Shown: one piece after another, positions 22,743-33,927 of the stretch
Layout: the number at the start of each line of letters is the position of its first letter
Position numbering within the stretch: position 1 is the stretch's first letter
Origin: Octopus bimaculoides
Taxonomy: Eukaryota
Direction: 5' to 3'
Length of the DNA: 34,387 nt
NCBI RefSeq assembly: GCF_001194135.2
Contig: NC_068983.1
Span: forward strand, 154,054,764-154,089,150
Program-made: the position numbers and the translations under genes
Notes under the pieces: model-generated
What the model saw: the letters and a program-made list of their open reading frames with translations, nothing else
Database searches by the model: none
Told to the model about the DNA's origin: nothing

Positions 22743-22781
<39 letters not shown>

Positions 22782-23308
22782 TTCATACATATACATACGT
22801 ACGTACATTCATACACACAGATATATAGGTATCCATATATACACATGAATATAAGCGTACACGCATTCACGCATATACAGGTAATATGCATATTTATGTC
22901 TATATGTACATATGAATGACGATAAGTATTTATTTAACCGAATATACGTTATACGGGATGGATCAATTGTTTCACATTTCGTGATCAGATATGTCTGTTA
23001 ACAGATGATCTGCATTTCGATTTCAAACTAGTGATAAACCGGATTAGTGACATCAATACATCACCTAAGAGCATTACACCCATCACACGTACTCACGCAT
23101 GCATACCGCAGACTAAAGAATATACGCATGTGTGTGTGTCTGTGTGTGTACGTGTGCTAACATGCACCATATACGAAGCAAAAACACAGAGAAGCACAGA
23201 ATCTACTATATAAACGTATTAATATATAGAAGGACGTGCATACAAATATAAATACCTTTACACACACTCTCACACATACACACACACACACACATATATA
23301 ATATATTA

Positions 23309-23339
<31 letters not shown>

Positions 23340-24652
23340 NNNNNNNNNNNNNNNNNNNNNNNNNNNNNNNNNNNNNNNNNNNNNNNNNNNNNNNNNNNNN
23401 NNNNNNNNNNNNNNNNNNNNNNNNNNNNNNNNNNNNNNNNNNNNNNNNNNNNNNNNNNNNNNNNNNNNNNNNNNNNNNNNNNNNNNNNNNNNNNNNNNNN
23501 NNNNNNNNNNNNNNNNNNNNNNNNNNNNNNNNNNNNNNNNNNNNNNNNNNNNNNNNNNNNNNNNNNNNNNNNNNNNNNNNNNNNNNNNNNNNNNNNNNNN
23601 NNNNNNNNNNNNNNNNNNNNNNNNNNNNNNNNNNNNNNNNNNNNNNNNNNNNNNNNNNNNNNNNNNNNNNNNNNNNNNNNNNNNNNNNNNNNNNNNNNNN
23701 NNNNNNNNNNNNNNNNNNNNNNNNNNNNNNNNNNNNNNNNNNNNNNNNNNNNNNNNNNNNNNNNNNNNNNNNNNNNNNNNNNNNNNNNNNNNNNNNNNNN
23801 NNNNNNNNNNNNNNNNNNNNNNNNNNNNNNNNNNNNNNNNNNNNNNNNNNNNNNNNNNNNNNNNNNNNNNNNNNNNNNNNNNNNNNNNNNNNNNNNNNNN
23901 NNNNNNNNNNNNNNNNNNNNNNNNNNNNNNNNNNNNNNNNNNNNNNNNNNNNNNNNNNNNNNNNNNNNNNNNNNNNNNNNNNNNNNNNNNNNNNNNNNNN
24001 NNNNNNNNNNNNNNNNNNNNNNNNNNNNNNNNNNNNNNNNNNNNNNAGATAGATAGATTTTATATGTACACATGTATATATACATATATATATATATATA
24101 TGCACATATATACATACATATAATATCTATCTATCACTCTATCTATCCATCCATCTCTCTCTATATAATACATAGAATGTGTGTGTGAGAGAGAGAGTCA
24201 GTGTGTGTGTGTGTCTATGTATGTTTGCTGTATGCACGGGCTTCTATATATTAATATGTTTATGTGTTAGACTCCCTGTACCTCTCCGTGTTTGTGCTTT
24301 GCGTATAGTGCATGTTAGCACGTGTCCAGCACTAAGGATCGGCAGAAATAGCCCGAAACCAGGCTGGCCTGTTGATCCTGTCACTAGATGGTGGTAGGGG
24401 TTCGCTCCTCTGCATGCAATTTGTTGAATGTTGGTTGTATCTTTAACCAGCTAGAAGAATTGTCCTCACGCGTTTAAAAAGTCGCGGTAACGTCCTTTCG
24501 TACGAACAGCTATCCTGAAGTCGTGACAAACAGTAGTGTTACTGCTTTCATTTCTAACGGATTTTTTTAAAATCTAACTCTTTTGCGCTATATCATGGCA
24601 CTCGAGTAAATCGAAATTCCTCCATTTTTTTTCTTTTTTTGTTATATATATA

Positions 24653-25245
24653 TACAGATATCAAAAATATCTCGGTCCAGATCTCTAGGGCGCCAATAGA
24701 TGGCAGCATACGGTTGCTTGCACAGTGGGAGCTAACAGTAACCTTTGTGAGTCTGTGTACTGAGTCAAATGTCTGTGTTTACTTCGCAGCTTGTGATATT
24801 TGTGTATTGCTATCACGCGCCTGGTGTAGTCTGCGATTGTTTTATCATAAGCAGGAATTTGGAACAAAGAGCCAACGTGAGGTTTTGCGTTAAACTTGGG
24901 AAGTCTGCTACAAAGACATTGTACATACCGAAGCTCCTATGCATTATCGGGTGGATATATGTGAACAACTACTCAATCGCTACTACGATAAAGGTGAAGC
25001 TTTTGGGAGAAAATACGCAAAGAAAAGTGATCCACAGTCATCAGTGTAAGTTACAGTGAGATATTGGGAGGCAAACACAATCGAGTGGAGATCTGTGAAC
25101 GCGTACTCTATCGCTACACCGATAAAGTGGAAGCTTTTGAGAAAAAATATTCACAGAAAAGGAGCTGCTTGAAGATCTTCTCAAGGACAGACTGTCAAAA
25201 GCATGCGCCAGGTTCCGGACCCGTCTTGAGAGTGGTTGCACTAAG
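24653..25245 (+). mobile_element. Rearranged mariner/Tc1-superfamily transposase pseudogene remnant
   Basis: 24847-24921 reads (ATA, likely a former ATG)SRNLEQRANVRFCVKLGKSATKTL, a mariner N-terminal HTH pattern. 24942-25016 HYRVDICEQLLNRYYDKGEAFGRKY and 25076-25150 HNRVEICERVLYRYTDKVEAFEKKY match the segment preceding VTGDE. 25171-25230 EDLLKDRLSKACARFRTRLE is C-terminus-like. The 5' boundary is approximate. Confidence 0.8.
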
Positions 25246-26016
25246 TAAGCTGTTACCTCCCAGTTATCACCTATTTATATTTTTTGATGCTTTTTAAAAT
25301 ACTTTCATTTTTGTTTGAGATATTGTTTTCTCTCTACCTTTTATGCAAAGTCTCAAATTTAGTCCTAANNNNNNNNNNNNNNNNNNNNNNNNNNNNNNNN
25401 NNNNNNNNNNNNNNNNNNNNNNNNNNNNNNNNNNNNNNNNNNNNNNNNNNNNNNNNNNNNNNNNNNNNNNNNNNNNNNNNNNNNNNNNNNNNNNNNNNNN
25501 NNNNNNNNNNNNNNNNNNNNNNNNNNNNNNNNNNNNNNNNNNNNNNNNNNNNNNNNNNNNNNNNNNNNNNNNNNNNNNNNNNNNNNNNNNNNNNNNNNNN
25601 NNNNNNNNNNNNNNNNNNNNNNNNNNNNNNNNNNNNNNNNNNNNNNNNNNNNNNNNNNNNNNNNNNNNNNNNNNNNNNNNNNNNNNNNNNNNNNNNNNNN
25701 NNNNNNNNNNNNNNNNNNNNNNNNNNNNNNNNNNNNNNNNNNNNNNNNNNNNNNNNNNNNNNNNNNNNNNNNNNNNNNNNNNNNNNNNNNNNNNNNNNNN
25801 NNNNNNNNNNNNNNNNNNNNNNNNNNNNNNNNNNNNNNNNNNNNNNNNNNNNNNNNNNNNNNNNNNNNNNNNNNNNNNNNNNNNNNNNNNNNNNNNNNNN
25901 NNNNNNNNNNNNNNNNNNNNNNNNNNNNNNNNNCTATATATCTTTATATATATATATGCTTATATGTATGTATGTATGCATGTATGTGTGTATGTATCTA
26001 TCTATCTATTATGTAT

Positions 26017-26322
26017 CTATACGATGGACTCTCCCGTCGAGAGCGACGTATGAGTGTTCAGCTTTTGCCAAACGACCTGTACAAATGATTTGTTTATAGA
26101 GATCAAATTTTCATGCCACATATTGGCTCAGTCTCTTCATCAAATCGGTGTTGCCCGAACAGGTGCATGGTATATTTTGCGTCAGGTGTCGAAGTGATCG
26201 CAGAGGAAGGTGAGATGAACTGTTTTACTCAAAAACACAATGCACCACTCGGTCTACAAATTGAAATTTCAGTCAATACATTGTGAGTGAAACACACTAA
26301 CCAGTAGGCTATGCGCCCTCAC
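26017..26322 (-). mobile_element. tRNA-headed SINE (head group C), near full length
   Basis: The reverse strand begins GTGAGGGCGCATAGCCTACTGGTTAGTGTG and ends TACGTCGCTCTCGACGGGAGAGTCCATCGTATAG, followed by a (TAGA)/(TACA) tail. Confidence 0.7.
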
Positions 26323-26337
26323 ACACAAACACACACA

Positions 26338-26369
<32 letters not shown>

Positions 26370-27039
26370 TACACACACTCGCTCGCACACATATATAAAA
26401 TGTAATTAAGGAGAAAAATGTCCCTGAGCATGGTATTTTCAAGAGTCAATCCTTTGCCTTAGTTTAGCAGGTAAAGGTCAAATACTGGTTATTGTCTGGC
26501 TGGAGAAAATGCAGATGAATCACGTGTAATAACCGAAAATTACCAGGTATATATTCCACATAGCTGCATAAAGAGAAACATTGACGAAGAAGCATAACAG
26601 ATCGCCTACCATGAGATAGGTCAATGTCTTACGCTGTCGTGTGAATACTGTAAACACGAATGTACAAATGCGAGAATACTTAACCCAGAATAACTATATA
26701 TTATATATCAACACACATGCGCATATGCTTACATCTATTCATCTATGCGTATACCTGTGTATGAGTTATATATTATAAATATATACACATTCATATGTAT
26801 GCGTTTGTATATATATATATTTGCATTGCTTGACAGGTTGCCAAGCTTCAGTTAACAATAAATGAATAAATAATGTTTACATCTAGTCTTTATTTCTATT
26901 TCATTTGCAAAGGACAATACGCACACACACGCATGCACACTCAGACGTATAAGTTACACAAATACATTTAAAAAAATTTATCCATGCATATATGTATGTA
27001 TATATAAACGCACGAGCGCGCTCACATACACACGCGCAC

Positions 27040-27054
27040 ACACACGCATGCACA

Positions 27055-27123
<69 letters not shown>

Positions 27124-27338
27124 TCACTCACACATATCGTTTTTCTATTTCTTTGCTATTTTCGCCCCGTATGTAACCTATATGCAATTCCTCAATTATT
27201 TAATTTTTTTCTCTTTTTGGCACAGTCGCATTTATATTTTTATGCCCTCCATCTCTCTCTCTCTTTATCTATCTCTTTCTCTATCTCTCTCTCACTCTCT
27301 TTCTCTCTCTCTCTCTCTCTCTCGCTCTCGCTCTCTCA

Positions 27339-27379
<41 letters not shown>

Positions 27380-27395
27380 CACACACACAAACAAA
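27040..27395. repeat. (CA)n and (CT)n-(CA)n microsatellites
   Basis: Direct reading. Confidence 0.95.
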
Positions 27396-28041
27396 ATCAC
27401 ATACACATAAAAGCACATACCTACACTAAAAGGTAATCACTCGGATACATACACATGGACAATGACAGGCACAGATGCATCTGCTGTTTCTCTTTGTTGT
27501 TCTTTCTGATGCTCACATCATTTTCACATCATTTTCACATACATTTCACATACATTTCCACATTTATCCTACTTGTCACTCTGTGTCTCAGATACAGAGA
27601 CACACAAAACTTTGCCTCCTTCAGAATCTTCCTCTCCCTTTTCCTCTTTTTCTTTTCTTCTGTCGCTCTTACTAATGGCCGCCCAGATTTTCTGTCCTCA
27701 TATATCGCTCTACAATCTATCAACAATACCTGTAACCATCCAACACAAATTCTGTATCTCATGATTCCATATTGGATCTCTAAGATACAATGCAACGAAT
27801 ACAGCTCATTTGACTAAATTTTTATTCGAGAATATTCGATATGTTGTTCAAAGATTCATTGTGAGAATACTATAATATTGACTGAATATAATTGCTTGTT
27901 TCAAAACATATCAAGATCTTCCTTTTTATGCACCAAAATAATACTATCTATCTATCTATCTATCTATCTATCTGTATATCTCTCTGTCTATCTGCCTGTC
28001 TGTCTGCCTATCTATCTATCTGTCAATCTATAGATAGATAG

Positions 28042-28086
<45 letters not shown>

Positions 28087-28223
28087 NNNNNNNNNNNNNN
28101 NNNNNNNNNNNNATATATATGTATTTACATTCATATATAGAAGTATATATCCTTAAATATACATTTATACACACTTACATACAAATATATGTATACACAT
28201 ACAGTCATACATATATATACAAG

Positions 28224-28254
<31 letters not shown>

Positions 28255-28394
28255 TGCATACACATTGGTGTTTCATTTGTGTGCGCATCTATGGATCTTT
28301 CTGTGTCAGTGCCTAAAATGTTTGACAGTTTTGACGGGAGTAGTAGACAGGAACGTAGAACACGAGGAGAAATGTGCAGTCGCAATAGTTGCAC

Positions 28395-28467
28395 AGCTGT
28401 AGAAAAGCAACCACTACTCATATTGCTGCTGCTGCTGTTTCTCCTACTACGACCACTACTGCTGCTG

Positions 28468-28504
<37 letters not shown>

Positions 28505-28790
28505 CACTGTCACTACTACTACTGAAGTTCATGATGATGCTTCTACCACTGCTGCCGCTTTTTCTGCTGATGGTTCTACTACTGCTGCTACTGATGTTGT
28601 ACTACAAAAGCAGTGCTCCTGCCATCGCAACTGCTACTACTTTTACTTACACCACAATTACTGTTGCTACTGCTGCTGCTGCTGCTGCGCTACAACTTAT
28701 GATGTTAACAGTGGGGATAGAAAGATGGCGCTGCTGTTCAGTTGCTGCAGTTGCTACTACTTCCTCTCCTACTGCTGTAGTCATGAATAC
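28395..28790. repeat. Degenerate (CTA/CTG)n trinucleotide low-complexity tract
   Basis: Direct reading. It generates poly-T/A, poly-L and poly-S ORFs in several frames on both strands. Confidence 0.9.
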
Positions 28791-29240
28791 TGAAGGAAGG
28801 GAATATATGTAAGAAAGAGAAAGATTTCGCAACAGATAGGAAGTGGGTTATGTCTGTCTAACAGTTTCAAATAAATTAGTTTTTGTTTTCAGCTTAGATA
28901 TGGCGTCGCCCGTACTCGAAGGCATATTTGGTCTAGTATCCAGATATAACTGATTCAAAATACAAGTCAACTTAATTGAATGTATGTAAAGATTAAGCGA
29001 TGTACATGGATAGAAAACGCTTTCTGTTTGAGAGTCCTTGTTTTGCTTTGTCCTAAAATTGCATTGTGGGTGGCCGAGGAAATAGGTATTAAACATGAGT
29101 TTTCTTTTTCTCACGTATTTTTTTTTTTATTATTCCAACTATAAACATGTTAAATATTGAAATAAATCAAAAATACATTATTCAGAGTCATGTAATCAAA
29201 TTTTAAGTGTTAGACATCTTTTTCCCCCATTATCAAATCT

Positions 29241-29312
29241 CATAGTGCTTACACATGCATAGTGTTTACACATGCATAGTGCTTACACAGGCATAGTGCT
29301 TACACACGCATA
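29241..29312. repeat. 17-bp minisatellite, 4.2 copies
   Basis: CATAGTGCTTACACATG, CATAGTGTTTACACATG, CATAGTGCTTACACAGG, CATAGTGCTTACACACG, CATA. Confidence 0.95.
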
Positions 29313-29341
29313 CGTGAACATATATACACAAGCGCATAATA

Positions 29342-29535
29342 GTTTCGGATTTTGGTAACAGGCCAGAAATTTTGGGCGAAGGATTAAGATGATATCATCG
29401 ACCCTACTGTTACTTATTCTATCAACATGAAAGGACGAAAAACAAAGTCGAGTTTCGTAGAATTTGAGCTCATAACGTAAAGCCAGAAGACAAGCCACTA
29501 CAGATTTTGTCCGGCACCGTAACTATTCTGTCGAT
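29342..29535 (-). mobile_element. SINE group A (tail variant), degenerate
   Basis: GAAAGGACGAAAAACAAAGTCGAGTTTCGTAGAATTTGAGCTCATAACG aligns with the A copies on the minus strand. Confidence 0.75.
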
Positions 29536-29750
29536 ACTGTTCATATGTACATATTATCCTATACATCGAGTTCCTCGTTTCCGAGCCTGTTCTTTTTATA
29601 GTCACTGTCTGAATATTTTTGAAATATGAAATAAAAGTTTGAAGGAAACTCTTAAAGTTACGGTCTTTCGTCAAAAATGATTTTGAAGAACATGTGTGTA
29701 AACGGTAGCTGCAAGCTCATGGTTTTAATTTCATTTCTGATTTTCATGAC

Positions 29751-30144
29751 AACTGTTCACTAGGCGGTAACCGTCTGGCAAAGTCAATAGTATAAAAAAT
29801 AAAGGTTCAATAAAACAGCAGTGATCAAACTAAAACACATTTGGCAACAAAATTCACATTCAAAGAACATCATAACAAGCATAAGCATATATTTCTCAAA
29901 TCCCGACAGAAAATATCCTACGGCTTTGTCGAAGTTTATATGATGAGACAAGTCCTCACGAATTCAGAATTACCTGGTCTGTTGTAGATAAAGCGTAACC
30001 AAATCAAAGACGGCGTGTGATCTTTGTTTGAGCAAAAAATTGAGAATTTTTACTCAAGGCAATAATAGTTTGAACAAAAGAGATGAAGTGTTAACGCCCT
30101 GTATACATACGGCAAAGTACCTTTCATGCAAATACAAGCCTTGA
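29751..30144 (+). mobile_element. Penelope-like element remnant: decayed GIY-YIG domain and C-terminus (lineage 1), with stops and frameshifts
   Basis: Manual translation across frames: NCSLGGNRLAKSIV*KIKVQ*NSSDQTKTHLATKFTFKEHHNKHKHIF / NPDRKYPTALSKFI* / EFRITWSVVDKA* / TACDLCLSKKLRIFTQGNNSLNKRDEVLTPCIHTAKYL. It shares TxLSK(Y/F)I, WS(I/V)(I/V), CxLC, NK and CxH with 375-659. Missed by the ORF track. Confidence 0.78.
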
Positions 30145-31034
30145 ATTTCGTTCTCATTCAGAAAAAACTTTGATTTTCGAAATATTTAATTAATAGATTT
30201 TATTGCTACATGTTTCAGTATGTGTGTGCGTGTCTGTATGTGAGTATATGTCTATAAGCTTATTTGTATTTGTATACATATATGTGTATATGTATGCATA
30301 GATATAATTCTGTGTATACATGTATGTCAGAGAGTCTACATATGTATGCCTTTGCGCAGGCACATGCAAAATGAACACGCGCATACACACTTATTGTTTT
30401 TAAAAACATTAATTAAAAATATTAATTAAAAGTATTATTTAAAAGCATTAATTTGGAACATTGCTTAAAGAGCAACGCAATTTTATGATTTAGATTCTAT
30501 GGAGTTTATGATGTTTATGATAATATAACCACGAGAAATAAAAATTATATTAAAAAGCGTGAACTCGAAGCAACCGTGTCTGTACACGGCATTCACAAAA
30601 GGTTTCAAACGAAAGAACATAACAGACGTTTTCTTCAAGCTTTCAGTTCATATTTAAAAAATATACAGACGCTGGATATTCAAAAGAAAACCTAGCTCGG
30701 TTTATCGGCTGCTGACCAGAAACGAGCAACTCGGAGTATTGAAAATCGGCGCCTTTCTGTTATATTGTATTAACGGATACTTTTCATATGTATTGAGTCC
30801 TGTAATTTGTCGCTCCTTGTAAATCAAGAGAGAATTATAATTATTTATATATATTGTTATGTATATCACTACACAACGCATATATATGTATATCTATGTA
30901 TGTATGTATGTATGCATGTATGTATGTATGTAGGTAGGTAGGTAGGTAGGTAGGTAGGTAAACCAGAATATTTCTTCGCTCGTAAAACGTTCACGTTAGC
31001 GAAATCATGTCATTTGTGCGTGAGAATTAATATA

Positions 31035-31054
31035 CGCATGTTTTTGAGTGTGCA

Positions 31055-31086
<32 letters not shown>

Positions 31087-31338
31087 ACAGTATGTGTGAG
31101 ATTGTGATGCTCATTTTTGTGTAGTGAATGTGATGTATGCGTGACCTAAACCGTAAAGCTTTCAGCTCATAATAGTAAGCTCATAGTTTCATTTCCTAGA
31201 CTATTGATCCTGTATTTCACGCTACTCCAAATTATTCAGCTGTAAATGAGTACCAGTAAGGCAGTAATGCATCTCTATTTAATTGTCTCTTTATCTTTTC
31301 TCTTTTCTATTTTCTATTTCTCTTTTCTTTCTCTCTCT

Positions 31339-31394
<56 letters not shown>

Positions 31395-31702
31395 ATCAAG
31401 NNNNNNNNNNNNNNNNNNNNNNNNNNNNNNNNNNNNNNNNNNNNNNNNNNNNNNNNNNNNNNNNNNNNNNNNNNNNNNNNNNNNNNNNNNNNNNNNNNNN
31501 NNNNNNNNNNNNNNNNNNNNNNNNNNNNNNNNNNNNNNNNNNNNNNNNNNNNNNNNNNNNNNNNNNNNNNNNNNNNNNNNNNNNNNNNNNNNNNNNNNNN
31601 NNNNNNNNNNNNNNNNNNNNNNNNNNNNNNNNNNNNNNNNNNNNNNNNNNNNNNNNNNNNNNNNNNNNNNNNNNNNNNNNNNCGCATGTTTTTGAGTGTG
31701 CA

Positions 31703-31734
<32 letters not shown>

Positions 31735-31986
31735 ACAGTATGTGTGAGATTGTGATGCTCATTTTTGTGTAGTGAATGTGATGTATGCGTGACCTAAACC
31801 GTAAAGCTTTCAGCTCATAATAGTAAGCTCATAGTTTCATTTCCTAGACTATTGATCCTGTATTTCACGCTACTCCAAATTATTCAGCTGTAAATGAGTA
31901 CCAGTAAGGCAGTAATGCATCTCTATTTAATTGTCTCTTTATCTTTTCTCTTTTCTATTTTCTATTTCTCTTTTCTTTCTCTCTCT

Positions 31987-32042
<56 letters not shown>

Positions 32043-32048
32043 ATCAAG
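31035..32048. repeat. Two apparently identical 366-bp copies (31035-31400 and 31683-32048) flanking an N gap; probable assembly artefact
   Basis: Same length, including the internal (TG)n and (CT)n tracts. Copy 1 ends at the gap and copy 2 starts at it. Confidence 0.9.
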
Positions 32049-32130
32049 TACCAGTTGAGCACTGGAGCTGATATAAACGACTAACCTCGCTCCCAAAATT
32101 ACTGGCCTTGTGCCTAAATTTAAAATAATA
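32049..32130 (+). mobile_element. 3' fragment of SINE group A (tail variant)
   Basis: TACCAGTTGAGCACTGGAGCTGATATAAACGACT...CCCAAAATTACTGGCCTTGTGCCTAAATTT resembles the 3' half of 9237-9430 and of 17451-17657. Confidence 0.65.
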
Positions 32131-33126
32131 CTTCGTAGATCTCTAAACTCACTACAATTTTATAAGCTTCATCATAACTGTGATATTTTCCCGGTATTCA
32201 TAATTATCAAATTTTGGATATGAATCGAATCTATGTGTATACTAAATCAAATAATGTTGGGCTTGTTACACTGTATGTTTGTGAGAAAAGTGATATGGTT
32301 GCCATTGCAAGGATCTTGTTCTAACTAGTTCTACATTCCTTTCTTAGATTGTAGGCGTCAGTGTTTTCGTAATCAAATAACCAATAACCATTGGAAGTGT
32401 CACATTCCCTCACGAACNNNNNNNNNNATATATATATATATATATATATGCATGCTATATGTATAGATTAGGATTTCTAGTTGACCTAGTTGACCAGGTG
32501 TGAAAATTTTCATTTACAATGTTTTAAATGAGAAAATAGTTTCATTTTAGTTATATGGCCTCAATTGATTATTTCCTATTCTGATAAGAATTATGTATGA
32601 ATAGGTAGGAAATGAGAGCAAGTATGTATAACGTAAAACATAAAATTTCGTTTGGAGTAAAGGGAAGATAACACTAAAAGTTATTTAAAGGGGGAAAGAA
32701 AAGGTGGGGGTAAAATAAGAAGATGAATGAAAGGAATAGCGATGTTGATTAGGCATCATCTCTGATGGCATTTCTGCGGAATTTATCGAAGTCAAAAATA
32801 AAGTGCAGGGTATTCCGGGAAGGGATATTTTGTCAAAGTATTTGTGTATATTTTAGGTTTTAAGGTGTTTAGGTATTTACATTTAAATGAAAATAATTCT
32901 TCGAGATTTTAGGTCTTATATATGCATGGGTGACTATTTTTGCATTTCTATGTGAATGGCTACTTTATTTCTATGGCATGTGTATTCTACATAAATACAT
33001 TGGACACAGTGCAGATGCATTTTTTAAGAAGTAAAGTGAAATGTTAACATAATGAAGTAAGTAAATGTTAAAATACTGATATAAGCTTACAGCTTCACAA
33101 GTTCACAGAGAAACACAGACATACAC

Positions 33127-33129
<3 letters not shown>

Positions 33130-33204
<75 letters not shown>
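33130..33204. repeat. Long perfect (TA)n microsatellite
   Basis: Direct reading. Confidence 0.98.
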
Positions 33205-33207
<3 letters not shown>

Positions 33208-33390
33208 AAAGATAGATAAACAGATAGATAGATAGATAGATATTATATATATCAATTTAATATAAGGATAGAATTTATATAAGATCTTATCAAGAAACCA
33301 GCGAGTAAAACCAATTATGGTAAAAAAAATTAATATTCAGTGTATAATTATTGTTCAATGCATTATTAAATTAATGACTGTTACTATAAT

Positions 33391-33731
33391 AAAGCCACAC
33401 ACTGGAAAGGGACGCTAAAGGCAAAGTACTTCACAAAATATACACGCGCGCTGAAGTCGAGGAAATGAACAAAGACAAAACGTATTCATGGAGCATATAT
33501 GCTCCGTGGATACGTTGTGTTCATATGGTGTTTTAAGTGTTTATAATGATATATTTCTGGTTATACTTTCCCTGACGAATTGAAGGCGTGTTACAGCGCT
33601 GAGCATAAAATCGTTTCGATATGCTACTTTTTTGGTAAAATATTTTTCTTTACTCATCTCCTGGACTTCAGCGCGTGTGCATATTTCTTAAAGTAGTTTG
33701 ACTTTAGCATCCCTTTCTATCGTGTGGCTTT
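33391..33731. mobile_element. Unclassified 341-bp element with long inverted arms (MITE or fold-back-like)
   Basis: 33391-33475 aligns without gaps to the reverse complement of 33647-33731 at 70/85. The outer 10 bp are perfect (AAAGCCACAC...GTGTGGCTTT). No clear TSD. Confidence 0.8.
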
Positions 33732-33829
33732 ACTTATAATATTATCCCTTAATGCAATAATGTATATATTATATATATATAGAAGTATATATACATATAT
33801 GGATACATGTATATACATTACATATATCG

Positions 33830-33832
<3 letters not shown>

Positions 33833-33922
<90 letters not shown>
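33833..33922. repeat. Long (CT)n microsatellite
   Basis: Direct reading. Confidence 0.98.

Positions 33923-33927
<5 letters not shown>

Larger units (their letters stand above)
774..32427. other. Eleven assembly gaps (N runs)
   Basis: N at 774-1297, 3590-3757, 8124-8193, 13507-13621, 14451-15160, 21927-22742, 23340-24046, 25369-25933, 28087-28112, 31401-31682 and 32418-32427. Most are bordered by microsatellites. Confidence 0.99.

Noticed and set aside
27670-27710. Minus-strand EDRKSGRP, resembling the transposase SGRP linker
   Set aside because: It is a single short motif without flanking HTH similarity.
28189-28812. Mucin-like Thr/Ala-rich or Leu-rich ORFs of 133-207 aa
   Set aside because: They overlap a degenerate CTA/CTG trinucleotide tract that is open in several frames on both strands, and the Thr/Ala reading needs a frameshift near 28606.
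29241-29312. CRISPR-like array
   Set aside because: The units are contiguous with no unique spacers, and the context is eukaryotic with no cas genes.
6139-29535. tRNA-like heads (A and B boxes) as tRNA genes
   Set aside because: They show no cloverleaf or anticodon arm and each continues into a shared SINE body, so they are SINE heads.
716-31762. Long ORF-track entries of 130-353 aa containing X runs
   Set aside because: They are open only because N gaps and TA/CA/CT microsatellites lack stop codons.
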